Shown: positions 11,056 to 20,693 of the stretch, piece after piece
Numbering within the stretch: position 1 is the stretch's first letter
Layout of the letters: each line of letters starts with the position of its first letter
Source of the DNA: Tolypothrix carrinoi HA7290-LM1
Lineage (GTDB): Bacteria; Cyanobacteriota; Cyanobacteriia; Cyanobacteriales; Nostocaceae
Reading direction: 5' to 3'
Assembly: GCA_019358935.1 (NCBI GenBank)
Contig: JAHHIK010000006.1
Span: 1 to 64,000 of the forward strand
DNA: 64,000 nt
Made by a program: the position numbers and the translations under genes
The notes under the pieces: model-generated
Seen by the model: only the letters and a program-made list of their open reading frames with translations
Told to the model about the DNA's origin: nothing
The model's database searches: none

Positions 11056-11373
11056 TCAACGGCTAGCCAGAGCTAGAGTTTCTTGACCTGAAGGATTTTC
11101 TAATACCCTCAAGCTAGGAAACAGAAAATGGTTCTCTTCTACGTATTGAGCACCAAACAGCCCTTTTTCTGCCCAGAAATAACGGTCTGTGGTGTGTTCA
11201 TTCCGCTTTACGAGTAGCAAGGCGGGCGGCAATATACCTTCAGCTTGAATGAATTTTCTCGCTGCTGTTACAGGCTTTTCTTCGCCGCTTTCGATGCTAT
11301 ATTGAGGCACATGCTCCAGGATACGTCGCCCTTCTTGGCGACGACGACTCTTCCGTTTGCGTCTCCTTGCCAA
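11056..11373 (-). CDS. DUF3155-family protein
   Basis: MARRRKRKSRRRQEGRRIL...DRYFWAEKGLFGAQY. Confidence 0.8.
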   Translation of the reverse strand: MARRRKRKSRRRQEGRRILEHVPQYSIESGEEKPVTAARKFIQAEGILPPALLLVKRNEHTTDRYFWAEKGLFGAQYVEENHFLFPSLRVLENPSGQETLALASR

Positions 11374-11405
11374 CCTATTTTCCTCCTCTTTAAAGCTACA
11401 CAGAT

Positions 11406-11421
11406 TGTAGTTATAGCTACA
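11406..11421. promoter_or_regulatory. Putative NtcA-type box TGTA-N8-TACA
   Basis: TGTAGTTATAGCTACA; a minus-strand TATAAT lies at 11439-11434 just upstream. Confidence 0.55.
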
Positions 11422-11658
11422 AAATCCGTCGTCATTATATAAGTTCTAGTTAAAAAAATCAATAGTTTCTTAAGATTTAATACAATAAAAGTAATATCTG
11501 TGAATGTAAAGAAATTAAAAGCAGTGAAGTATATAATCCCTAAGAGCAAAGCATTACTTGCAAGTTTTAGTTAAGCTTTATTAAATGAATGAGGGAAAAA
11601 CTAAGCTGTGTAACTTAATCATCCCTCATATTCTGTAATCTTAAGCAAGATGTGAAAA

Positions 11659-12987
11659 ATGTTAATGTCTGCCAGTTCTGAGTTTGTTACTCTGTGCCAA
11701 GAGCAAATCGCACTCTTAACCCAAGGGCTGGGGGCAACTTTGAGTGTCGTGTATTTGACGCAAGAATTGGCAGAGGCAACGACAGGTGAAGCAAAACTGA
11801 TTCCGGTAGTGGTTTACCCGGATACGGCAGTAGTTCGGCGAGAAGACACTGCGGAGGTATCAACACGCAAGTCCTTTACAGTAAGGAATGCTTTAGCATT
11901 ACCGAAACTGAAGCAGAAGTTATTGACACCATCAGCATCGGGAACGTCAAATGAGGCACAACCGCCTTTACAAGAAGAATACGTATTAAATGGCAACCAA
12001 ATTGTTTTACCTCTAATCCACGAAGGTGTAATGATGGGATTGTTGGTGACAGCCAGAGAAGATAGAGGATGGGATGAAAAGGAACGCAGTGAAATTCAAC
12101 GGATAGCCCAAACTCTGGCGATCGCAATCATTTTAGATCAGCGTCGAGCCTGGTTAGAGCACTCGTTGCATCAACAACAAATTATCCAAGAAAAGCAACG
12201 GGATTTACTCGATACGTTATTGCACCAGTTTCGCAACCCGCTTACAGCTTTGCGGACTTTTGGTAAACTACTTCTCAAGCGACTGCGATCGGGCGATCCT
12301 AACCGCGAAGTAGCCGCGAGTATAGTTAGAGAAAGCGATCGCCTCCAAGAATTACTGCAACAGTTCGATAAAGTCATTGACTTAACAGCAGCAGATTTAG
12401 CGCCGTTCAAACTTCCAGACAAACAAGTATTTGTGGAAGCAACCGTACAAAACGAGCCGAAACCAGCGCTATTATTACCCGGAAGCGAAGACAAAGAAGC
12501 TGACTGCGCTTTAGTCGATATCTTAAATCCATTATTAGCATCAGCGAAAGCGATCGCCCAAGAAAGAAAACTGCAATTAATTTCGGATCTGCCACCAAAT
12601 CTACCTTTAGTCCGCGTCAATTCCAAAACATTGCGAGAAGTATTAAGTAATATTATCGACAACGCATTGAAATACACTTTTGCTGGCGGTAAGATTTTAA
12701 TTCAAGCAGGACTAGAAAAACCTCACTTTTGCGGAATTGCCATCAGTGACAATGGTCCAGGGATTCCCCAACAAGATTTAGAACATCTTGGAGAACGACA
12801 TTATCGCGGTGTACAAGCCGAAACAGAAATTCCTGGTTCGGGATTGGGATTAGCGATCGCCAAACAATTAATAGAACAAATGCAGGGCGAAATTGAAGTT
12901 TTCAGCCCTGCAATTAACTCAGTTATTAAATCACCCGACGCACCGGGAACCACTTTTATAATTTGGTTGCCGATTGTTGAGGGTTAG
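11659..12987 (+). CDS. GAF-domain sensor histidine kinase
   Basis: H-box LLHQFRNPLT, N-box NIIDNALKY, DNGPGI, GSGLGLAI. Confidence 0.92.
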   Translation: MLMSASSEFVTLCQEQIALLTQGLGATLSVVYLTQELAEATTGEAKLIPVVVYPDTAVVRREDTAEVSTRKSFTVRNALALPKLKQKLLTPSASGTSNEAQPPLQEEYVLNGNQIVLPLIHEGVMMGLLVTAREDRGWDEKERSEIQRIAQTLAIAIILDQRRAWLEHSLHQQQIIQEKQRDLLDTLLHQFRNPLTALRTFGKLLLKRLRSGDPNREVAASIVRESDRLQELLQQFDKVIDLTAADLAPFKLPDKQVFVEATVQNEPKPALLLPGSEDKEADCALVDILNPLLASAKAIAQERKLQLISDLPPNLPLVRVNSKTLREVLSNIIDNALKYTFAGGKILIQAGLEKPHFCGIAISDNGPGIPQQDLEHLGERHYRGVQAETEIPGSGLGLAIAKQLIEQMQGEIEVFSPAINSVIKSPDAPGTTFIIWLPIVEG

Positions 12988-12989
12988 GA

Positions 12990-13130
12990 GTTGGGCATTG
13001 GGCAATGGGCAATGGGCAATGGGCAATGGGCAATGGGCAATGGAAACGTGAGAATAAAGTCAAATCTTTTTCCTATGCCCGATGCCCCCTGCCCCATGCC
13101 CGATGCCCCATGCCCCATGCCCCACTATCC
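12990..13130. repeat. Inverted STRR arrays (TGGGCAA / TGCCCCA)
   Basis: Directly visible, between convergent genes. Confidence 0.85.
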
Positions 13131-13135
13131 ACTAA

Positions 13136-14377
13136 CTATTTAAGTGAAACTTGAAAGTCTTGATTGATTGTCATTTGTAAATCGGTGTCTGGGTCGATTG
13201 CGATTAAGTCAACGCTCTTTTTACCAAAGAATAGACCAATCAAGGCACCGATACCAGCACCACCCAAGACTTCTTCTGTACCGATAGCGCGATCGCCTGT
13301 GACAGCAGAGACGGCAGCAGCGGCACCTGCGCCGAGTACGGTATTCTTAATAATTGCCGAAGCACTAGTGCCTTTTTTAACTGTTTCAGTTTTGGTAATT
13401 ACTTCCGAAGTAGCGTTGATTTGATACTCTTGACCTGAAGGTAAAACCAGTTTCTGAGCAACGAATTGAGAACCACCTTTAACTGGTTTCAGTTGACCGA
13501 CAACCTGACTACCAGCAGGAATTACAATAGTTCCTTCTTGTGTTACCACATTTTGCGCTACTGTGAGTGTCAAAGGTGCTGTTTCATCCTTGGTGACGAG
13601 GATTTTTTCTGCTTTGTCGTACTTGATAGGAATAGCTGTTCCTTGAGGGATTTTTACAGCTACAGGTTTGGGAGTAGTGGATTGAGCAGCGACGATGTAA
13701 GGTGAGTTAATTGCCGAAGCTTGATTGGTGCTAACCAATGCTTGATAGATAAAAGCTGCTACTTGTGCTCGTGTGGTGGTTTGGGTAGGATTGAGGAAGT
13801 TAATATTAGGATAGTTGACGACAATTCGCTTTTCAGTCGCTGCTGCGATCGGACTGCGGGCATAACCAGCGATATTAGAAGCGTCGTTGTAATATTGCAG
13901 AGTGCTTTGAATATCACTGCTAGCAGAATATTCTAAACCATTGGCGAGAGAAACTAAAACTTGTTGCCGAGGAATAGCTTGGTTAGGCTCGAAGCGATTG
14001 CCGGGATATCCTGATAAGAAACCAGTGGTATAAGCTTCTTGAATAGCGCTGTACGCCCAGTAATTGCTAGCTACATCGTAGAATTTGGTTGCTTCCCGTT
14101 TTGGCGCTTTTTGAAAAGCTTTGCAAACCATTGCGGCGAATTGAGCGCGGGTTACTGGTTCTTCTGGGCGAAATGTACCATCAGGAAAGCCAGCGATAAC
14201 GCCTCGCTCTGATAATTTTTGAATAAACTCTCCTGCCCAATAGTTAGAGTTAACATCAGAAAAAGTTGTTTGAGCAAATGATGGAGCAGGTGCAATGAAG
14301 GGTGCTACAGCACCTGCTGTTACGCTCAAACTCATCAGTGCAGCTGTTCCAGATTTGCAGCGATTTAAACTAAACAT
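13136..14377 (-). CDS. S-layer homology (SLH) domain protein
   Basis: Signal peptide, three SLH repeats (FSDV..YWA, GFPDGTFRPEEPVTRAQ) and a Gly/Ala-rich C-terminal domain. Confidence 0.9.
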   Translation of the reverse strand: MFSLNRCKSGTAALMSLSVTAGAVAPFIAPAPSFAQTTFSDVNSNYWAGEFIQKLSERGVIAGFPDGTFRPEEPVTRAQFAAMVCKAFQKAPKREATKFYDVASNYWAYSAIQEAYTTGFLSGYPGNRFEPNQAIPRQQVLVSLANGLEYSASSDIQSTLQYYNDASNIAGYARSPIAAATEKRIVVNYPNINFLNPTQTTTRAQVAAFIYQALVSTNQASAINSPYIVAAQSTTPKPVAVKIPQGTAIPIKYDKAEKILVTKDETAPLTLTVAQNVVTQEGTIVIPAGSQVVGQLKPVKGGSQFVAQKLVLPSGQEYQINATSEVITKTETVKKGTSASAIIKNTVLGAGAAAAVSAVTGDRAIGTEEVLGGAGIGALIGLFFGKKSVDLIAIDPDTDLQMTINQDFQVSLK

Positions 14378-15094
14378 TGAATTCGTCCTCCCCACCAATT
14401 CTGTTTTTTTCTGTTAGTTACAAAGACAAGTCGTCAGATAAATAGTTCCAAGTATTTCCTGACTTTTCCCAATAGTTTTAGCTGGCTATAACGGTCATAA
14501 GATTGCTATTTTTTAGCCAACTTCCAGGCTATTTGCACCCAGTTAAATCAAGTTTATTTAATTGCTTTTTGAGATAGTCACGTTTAAGCATGACAAACTA
14601 CTTACTTATGAGCAGTCTGAGCAATCCTTGATATTCAGTAAGACGTGCCGTTGAAAAAATAGTTGCGGAAAAAAATAATTTTTTTTACTCTTTATTAATC
14701 TGGATTCAACCTCCGTGCAAACGTCGTAAAAGCCAATCAAATCTGGCTTTGGGAGCAATTAGATATTCAGCGGCATAAATATCATTCTTAGATTTTATGT
14801 CGCTTAACTTACTAAAATCATCCCTTAATATACTGAAATTGACAGTACAAGTGTGCGGTGAAAGTGGGAAGAAAAAGATACATCGAGTTGCAGCTTTGCG
14901 GCTAAGTTCTTCCGGGGGATAGACAATACAAGAGAGTCGCTGATAGCTTGGATAGTGGCAAAGGGTAGTTCGTTGTGCGAGAACCCCGGTTTCGTAAAAG
15001 TTACCGGGGTTCTGGGTTTGTGCTTAAATGTCATGTCCTTTTAATTAACACTATTGAACAGCTCTTGTTGGGGGTGGCTGAGTGGGTGTAGGGG

Positions 15095-15232
15095 TCAATT
15101 GGATCGGTGCAGCACCTAACCAATTGGAGACACTTATTGCGACGGTGGGGTTTTAAACCCAATTGCTCCTGGGTGTGGGATGTACAAAACATGAAAGTTT
15201 TCCCCACACCCCACACCCCACACCCCACACCC
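15095..15232. repeat. Dispersed structured repeat related to the Argonaute insertion, flanked by CCCACAC heptamers
   Basis: Minus strand GGAGCAATTGGGTTTAAAACCCCACCGTC..GTGTCTCCAATTGGTT aligns with 38866-38918. Confidence 0.7.
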
Positions 15233-15440
15233 AGGAGCGAAGCGACGATAAAAATATCGCAACCGTCGTAGAGACGTTCGGTCCGGAACGTCTCTACAAT
15301 ATATGTGATTTGTCGGACATGATATCATTCCACCAAAGACAATATATTGTCAGTGAAAAAATTAAGCGATCGCCACTTCAACATGTGTGTGCGATCGCTT
15401 ATTACAAATAATTAAAGTCACGGCTTAACTAAACTTAAGC

Positions 15441-16109
15441 CTAGTAATTGCTGCGGGATAGTACCAAATTAGAACGCAGAGTCACATTTAAATCTTGTTC
15501 TGGCTTGAGGACGAAGACATCAGTTTGCTTTTTCCGCAACAGCACGCTTGCAGCAGCACCAGCTGCCGCACCGCCAATTGGTTCTAAGGCTTGAATTTTG
15601 CGATCGCCTGTAATTAGTGAAATCGCACTCGCAGCACCTGCACCGATAGCTGCATCTGTTAAAATTCTACCTGTATCCGCTCCTTTGCTGATTTTTTCAG
15701 TTCTGGTAATTACCGGAGAAGAAGCATTTATATACTGACGCTGACCAGAAGCAAAAACTAACTCTTGAGCAACAAATTGAACAGCTTGTTTACCGTTTCT
15801 AGTTACTGGTTGCAACTGTCCGACAATTTGAGTTCCCGCAGGAACTAATACGTTTCTGCCGCTATCAATAATGTTGGTTGCAACTGTCAGTGTTAAGGGT
15901 ACAGTTTCCCCAGGCGTAACAACAACTTTGTCTTTGTCGTAAGCAACAGGAAATGTTACTCCCGGAGGAATAGAAACTGATCTAGATTGACCATAAATGC
16001 GTTGTGCGCTAGCAGGTGTGGATACAAACATGGGGACAATAGCACCTGTACTAATTGCCATTGACATGAGTGCAGCCGTTGCATACTTCCAGCGATTAAG
16101 GCGAGTCAT
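15441..16109 (-). CDS. Exported protein paralogous to the C-terminal domain of the neighbouring SLH protein
   Basis: Shares YDK..K..V...ET.PLTLTVA, PAG.Q.VGQL.PV, QFVAQ.LV and GAGAA.A.S..TGDR with 13136-14377. Confidence 0.8.
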   Translation of the reverse strand: MTRLNRWKYATAALMSMAISTGAIVPMFVSTPASAQRIYGQSRSVSIPPGVTFPVAYDKDKVVVTPGETVPLTLTVATNIIDSGRNVLVPAGTQIVGQLQPVTRNGKQAVQFVAQELVFASGQRQYINASSPVITRTEKISKGADTGRILTDAAIGAGAASAISLITGDRKIQALEPIGGAAAGAAASVLLRKKQTDVFVLKPEQDLNVTLRSNLVLSRSNY

Positions 16110-17007
16110 AAGAGGGTTTCCGTTTGTTTTTATCATGTGTTTAATGACGTCGATTTACTGAGATTGTTTCTAAAACTTTTTAAACCTGTCTATAGGCATA
16201 TTCCGAAAGTAAAAGAGTTTCTCTGACGGGAATTTTAAGTTTATTGTTCCTTGACACATTTATACTGCTGATAACCCGAAATAAATCAAGGGCGAGACTT
16301 ATGAATGACGCAACGCTACCGAAATTGTTCCTGAATGTTTTTTTACTGTCTATGTCCACATATGTATGCCATTGAATAGAGGCGAATCGGCTTACTGCGA
16401 ACTCTTATTTATATTGTAGACAAATTTGCAATCTTATGCATGAATATTTTGTTTTTACTTTAGATTCTTTGTTCAAACTTCTCTTGGTGTAAGTTTTGTC
16501 ATACTAAAATAACGAACCGCAGAGGCGCAGAGTTCACAGAGGAATGAGGAAGAGAGAGAATTTTTGCGTAAGTCGTACATGTATTGTCTTGATACCTCGG
16601 TCAAGGTAAAACGCAAGCGATCGCTTTTCTTACAATTTGATTTTTTTAGATTATCCAAAAATAGCGTCTGCTTTGCTTGTGCTTTCTTAAAGCCTAATAT
16701 ATATAAACTGTCATCGGAAATATAATTTCCCATTTTTATTCATCAGCGATAAGAAAGCAAGCATTAGCGAACAATGCTTCCGTCACACTGTAAGGTAAAG
16801 TTTTTTCTCTTGTCTGCTTTATTTATCCCCCCTGCTTTCTTCTCGGTTAACAGTGAGTGCAAAAGCCAGCGGCAGGTTAATTTTTATCTCAATAAAATAA
16901 AAAATTTTTGCATAACAAGAAAAATATGACGATTAAGATTGTTAATTTTTGTAAAATTAAAGTCTTCAATACTAGAAACATGATTTCCAAATAGCTAAAC
17001 TATCTTA

Positions 17008-17021
17008 AGTGCATCTGTACT
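17008..17021 (+). promoter_or_regulatory. Putative cyanobacterial LexA box
   Basis: AGTGCATCTGTACT has one mismatch to RGTACNNNDGTWCB, follows TATCTT (-10-like) and lies 37 bp upstream of sbcC. Confidence 0.5.
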
Positions 17022-17058
17022 GTTTTTTAGAAAATGTAGATGTGGCGCTATAGCCTCG

Positions 17059-20000
17059 ATGATCCCAGTACAACTAATCCTCAAAAACTTTCTCAGTTAC
17101 CGTGATGCAACTTTAGATTTTCGCGGCTTGCATACGGCTTGTATTTGTGGTTCCAATGGCGCTGGTAAATCTTCGCTTCTCGAAGCTATCACTTGGGCGA
17201 TTTGGGGTGAAAGCCGCGCCGGTGTTGAAGATGATGTTATCCATTCTGGTGCGAAAGAAGTTCGAGTTGATTTCACTTTTCAAAGCAATCAGCAAATTTA
17301 TCGAGTTATTCGCACCCGCCCTCGTGGTGGTACTGGCGTTTTAGAATTTCAAGTGGAAACACCTTCTGGGTTTCGCGCACTTACCGGCAAAGGAGTAAGG
17401 GCAACTCAAGATGTAATTTTAGAACATATTAAGCTCGATTATGAAACTTTTATTAACTCCGCCTATTTGCGTCAAGGTCGTGCAGACGAGTTCATGCTCA
17501 AGCGTCCGAACGAACGCAAAGAAATTTTAGCAGAGTTATTGAAGCTAAATCAATATGATGAATTGGAAGAACGAGCAAAAGAATCGTCTCGTCAGTTTAA
17601 AGCAAAGGTAGAAGAATTAGAGCGCTCTTTGGAGTCGAGCAAAACTCAACTGCAACAACGCTCTGCTACACAGGCACAACAAGCAGAATTAGAAGTTGAA
17701 CTCAACGAGCTGCAACAAATACAAGCTTTTGATAATATTCAATTACAAAGTTTGCAAGTTGTCCAGATGACTCGGCAAAATTGGGCTGAACAATTGAGCT
17801 TTGTCAGGCAACAATACCAAAATCTGAGTTCTGATTGCGATCGCTTGCAACAAGAACAGTCAGCAATTAAAAGTCAACTTTCAGAAATAGATGCAATCTT
17901 AAGTCAAGAAACCCAGATAAAAGCCGGTTACGCGCAATATCAAACGCTGCAATCTCAAGAAGAATCGAGCAGCGCTAAATTTGCCGAATACACACAGCGA
18001 ATACAACAGCGTCAACAACTACAACATCAATTAACCAAACAAGTTAACGAAATCGAACGCCAATTGCAACAAGCGATCGCTCAATTAGAAGTTTTGCAGC
18101 AACAAGAGCGAGAAATTCAACATACTCTCACCAATCAAAGCGAAGTTGAAGCCGCTTTAGCACAGCTAACAAAAGCGCGTAACCGAGTTGCTCATTTAGA
18201 TCAACTACAAATGCAAGTGTCTCCCTTATTGCAACAGCAAGCGACTTTGCAAAGCCAATTAGATCGAGTTGGTGCCACTTTGGTAGCGCGTCTCGAACAA
18301 CTCCAACAAGTAGAAAATCAACTGCAACGCGCTTCACGACGCCAACCGCAGTTGCAACAAGCGGTGATGGATGTAAAAACGCAAATTGAAGAATTAGAGA
18401 AAAAGCGAGTTTATCTGCAACGAGTGCAGGAAAAAGGACAAGAAAGGCGTCACTTTATCGAACGCTTGCAAGCGCAGCAACGAGAATATGAAAGAGTATT
18501 GGGAGAACTAAATCAAAAACTACTTCTTCTGCAAAATCCGAATGCGCTTTGCCCGTTGTGCGAACGTCCTTTGGATGAACATCACTGGAATCGAGTCGCA
18601 GATAAAACTAAAGCAGAGTACAAGGATACCGAAGATCAGTTATGGGTATTTCGAGAGCAAATGGCATTTTCGGATAGAGAAATTCAGGTACTCAGGCAGG
18701 AATACCGGGAAATATCGCAAAAATTGGCGAGTTATGATGCTTTGCGCGAACAAAGAGGACAATTAGCAGCACAACTTCAGTCTACCAGTGATGCGGAAAC
18801 ACAACTACAACAAATTGCCGCTGAAAAACAGCATTTAGAGCGATCGCTTGAACTTGGCGATTATGCTCCGGAAAAACAACTCGAATTACAGCAATTAAAC
18901 GAATATCTTCAACAACTAAATTACAACGAACAAGACCACGCTCTCGCCCGTAGTGAAGTTGAGCGCTGGCGATGGGCAGAAATTAAACTTCAGCAGATTA
19001 AAGACGCAACCAAGCGAAGTTTGCAAATAGCAGCACGAAAACCACAAATTGAAGCGCAAATTGCCGAATTACAAAGTAAAATTCAGCTTCTTCAAACCAA
19101 TTCTGAATCTGCCAAACAAATTGCCGCCCTTGAGCTACACATTGCCGAAATTAATTACAGTTCCGAGCAGCATAATAATATTCGCACAAGTGTACGCAAA
19201 GCGCAATCTTGGGAATTGCGCTATCAACAACTGTTGTCGGCTCAACAGCAGTATCCGCAACTCAAAGTCAGATTTCAAGACTTAGAAGCGTCCAGACATG
19301 CGAGAATGAGCGAAAAGCAAACAATTGAGCGCCAACTCGAAAGCATCGTTGCCCAACTTGAACAAACAGCAAACCCAACTGCTCAAATTGAAACGCTACA
19401 GCAACAAATTGCGGCTCGCAGACGAGAACTCGACGAAAAAATCGGGCAATTAGGACGTTTAGAACAAGTTGCTCACCATTTGGAAATGCTGCAAACTCAA
19501 TTCCTGCAACAGCAGCAAGAACTGCAAGAAGCCAAGCGACAACAGCGCGTTTATCAGGAATTAACGCAAGCTTTTGGTAAAAATGGCATCCAAGCACTGA
19601 TGATTGAAAATGTCTTGCCTCAACTGGAAGCTGAGACAAATCAACTACTTTCGCGATTGAGCGCGAACCAATTGCATGTGCAATTTGTTACGCAGAAAGC
19701 GGGAAGAAGTAGTAAAGCTAAGAAAAATGCCAAGTTGATAGACACTTTAGATATTTTAATTGCTGATGCCAGAGGAACGCGAGCTTATGAAACTTACTCA
19801 GGTGGAGAAGCTTTTAGAATTAACTTTGCGATTCGTTTAGCTTTGGCGAAATTATTAGCGCAACGGGCAGGGGCAGCATTACAATTGTTGATTATAGATG
19901 AAGGCTTTGGTACACAGGATGCCGAAGGATGCGATCGCCTGATTGCCGCGATAAATGCGATCGCCTGTGATTTTGCCTGCATCCTCACTGTAACTCATAT

Positions 20001-20082
20001 GCCCCACTTGAAAGAAGCCTTTCAAGCTAGGATTGAAGTCAATAAAACGAAGCTTGGTTCACAGTTGCATTTGTCGATGTAA
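17059..20082 (+). CDS. sbcC: SMC-like nuclease subunit SbcC
   Basis: Walker A GSNGAGKSS, long coiled coil, CPLC zinc hook, signature YSGGE, Walker B LIIDEGFGTQD. Confidence 0.95.
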   Translation: MIPVQLILKNFLSYRDATLDFRGLHTACICGSNGAGKSSLLEAITWAIWGESRAGVEDDVIHSGAKEVRVDFTFQSNQQIYRVIRTRPRGGTGVLEFQVETPSGFRALTGKGVRATQDVILEHIKLDYETFINSAYLRQGRADEFMLKRPNERKEILAELLKLNQYDELEERAKESSRQFKAKVEELERSLESSKTQLQQRSATQAQQAELEVELNELQQIQAFDNIQLQSLQVVQMTRQNWAEQLSFVRQQYQNLSSDCDRLQQEQSAIKSQLSEIDAILSQETQIKAGYAQYQTLQSQEESSSAKFAEYTQRIQQRQQLQHQLTKQVNEIERQLQQAIAQLEVLQQQEREIQHTLTNQSEVEAALAQLTKARNRVAHLDQLQMQVSPLLQQQATLQSQLDRVGATLVARLEQLQQVENQLQRASRRQPQLQQAVMDVKTQIEELEKKRVYLQRVQEKGQERRHFIERLQAQQREYERVLGELNQKLLLLQNPNALCPLCERPLDEHHWNRVADKTKAEYKDTEDQLWVFREQMAFSDREIQVLRQEYREISQKLASYDALREQRGQLAAQLQSTSDAETQLQQIAAEKQHLERSLELGDYAPEKQLELQQLNEYLQQLNYNEQDHALARSEVERWRWAEIKLQQIKDATKRSLQIAARKPQIEAQIAELQSKIQLLQTNSESAKQIAALELHIAEINYSSEQHNNIRTSVRKAQSWELRYQQLLSAQQQYPQLKVRFQDLEASRHARMSEKQTIERQLESIVAQLEQTANPTAQIETLQQQIAARRRELDEKIGQLGRLEQVAHHLEMLQTQFLQQQQELQEAKRQQRVYQELTQAFGKNGIQALMIENVLPQLEAETNQLLSRLSANQLHVQFVTQKAGRSSKAKKNAKLIDTLDILIADARGTRAYETYSGGEAFRINFAIRLALAKLLAQRAGAALQLLIIDEGFGTQDAEGCDRLIAAINAIACDFACILTVTHMPHLKEAFQARIEVNKTKLGSQLHLSM

Positions 20083-20693
20083 TTATAGCTGTTTTTATCG
20101 CTGTCATAAGTTCCGGCAAGCAACTGATTGTATTTGAGTCTATAGCTATAACTGTTGTACTCTGTACATCCAGAAAATTTCTACATTTAGATAACAACAA
20201 AATGCAAATTTTTATAACATTTATCTTAATATTTTATTAAGAAATGTCAAGTATTAAAAATTAAAGGTTTTGATATGACAGATTGTCTAAATTTTAATTA
20301 CAGGTAATTAATAATATCAACATAAAATAGACAAATAATAATATAATATTTTCTTATTTTTAACTGTTACCAAAATACAGGTATGGTTTTTGATATTAAT
20401 TATGTACAATATTATTGAAAAACAGAAAATTATAAATCAAAATTGGTCAATAATCTGGAATAGAAAATTGATTAAGCCCTCATAATTTCATTTATCCAAC
20501 TTGCATCTTTGTTTTATTGAGACATAATTGACGGCAAATACATTGGATAAAATTGCTCTGAAATAGCAGAAAATCAAATAAACAATGAAATACAAGATAA
20601 AAATTTTCAGCAAATATATAAATTATTGGTTGTGGAAACTAAAAAATATTTTTATAAAAAAATCAAACACTATCTATTATAGCAGAGACTGCC

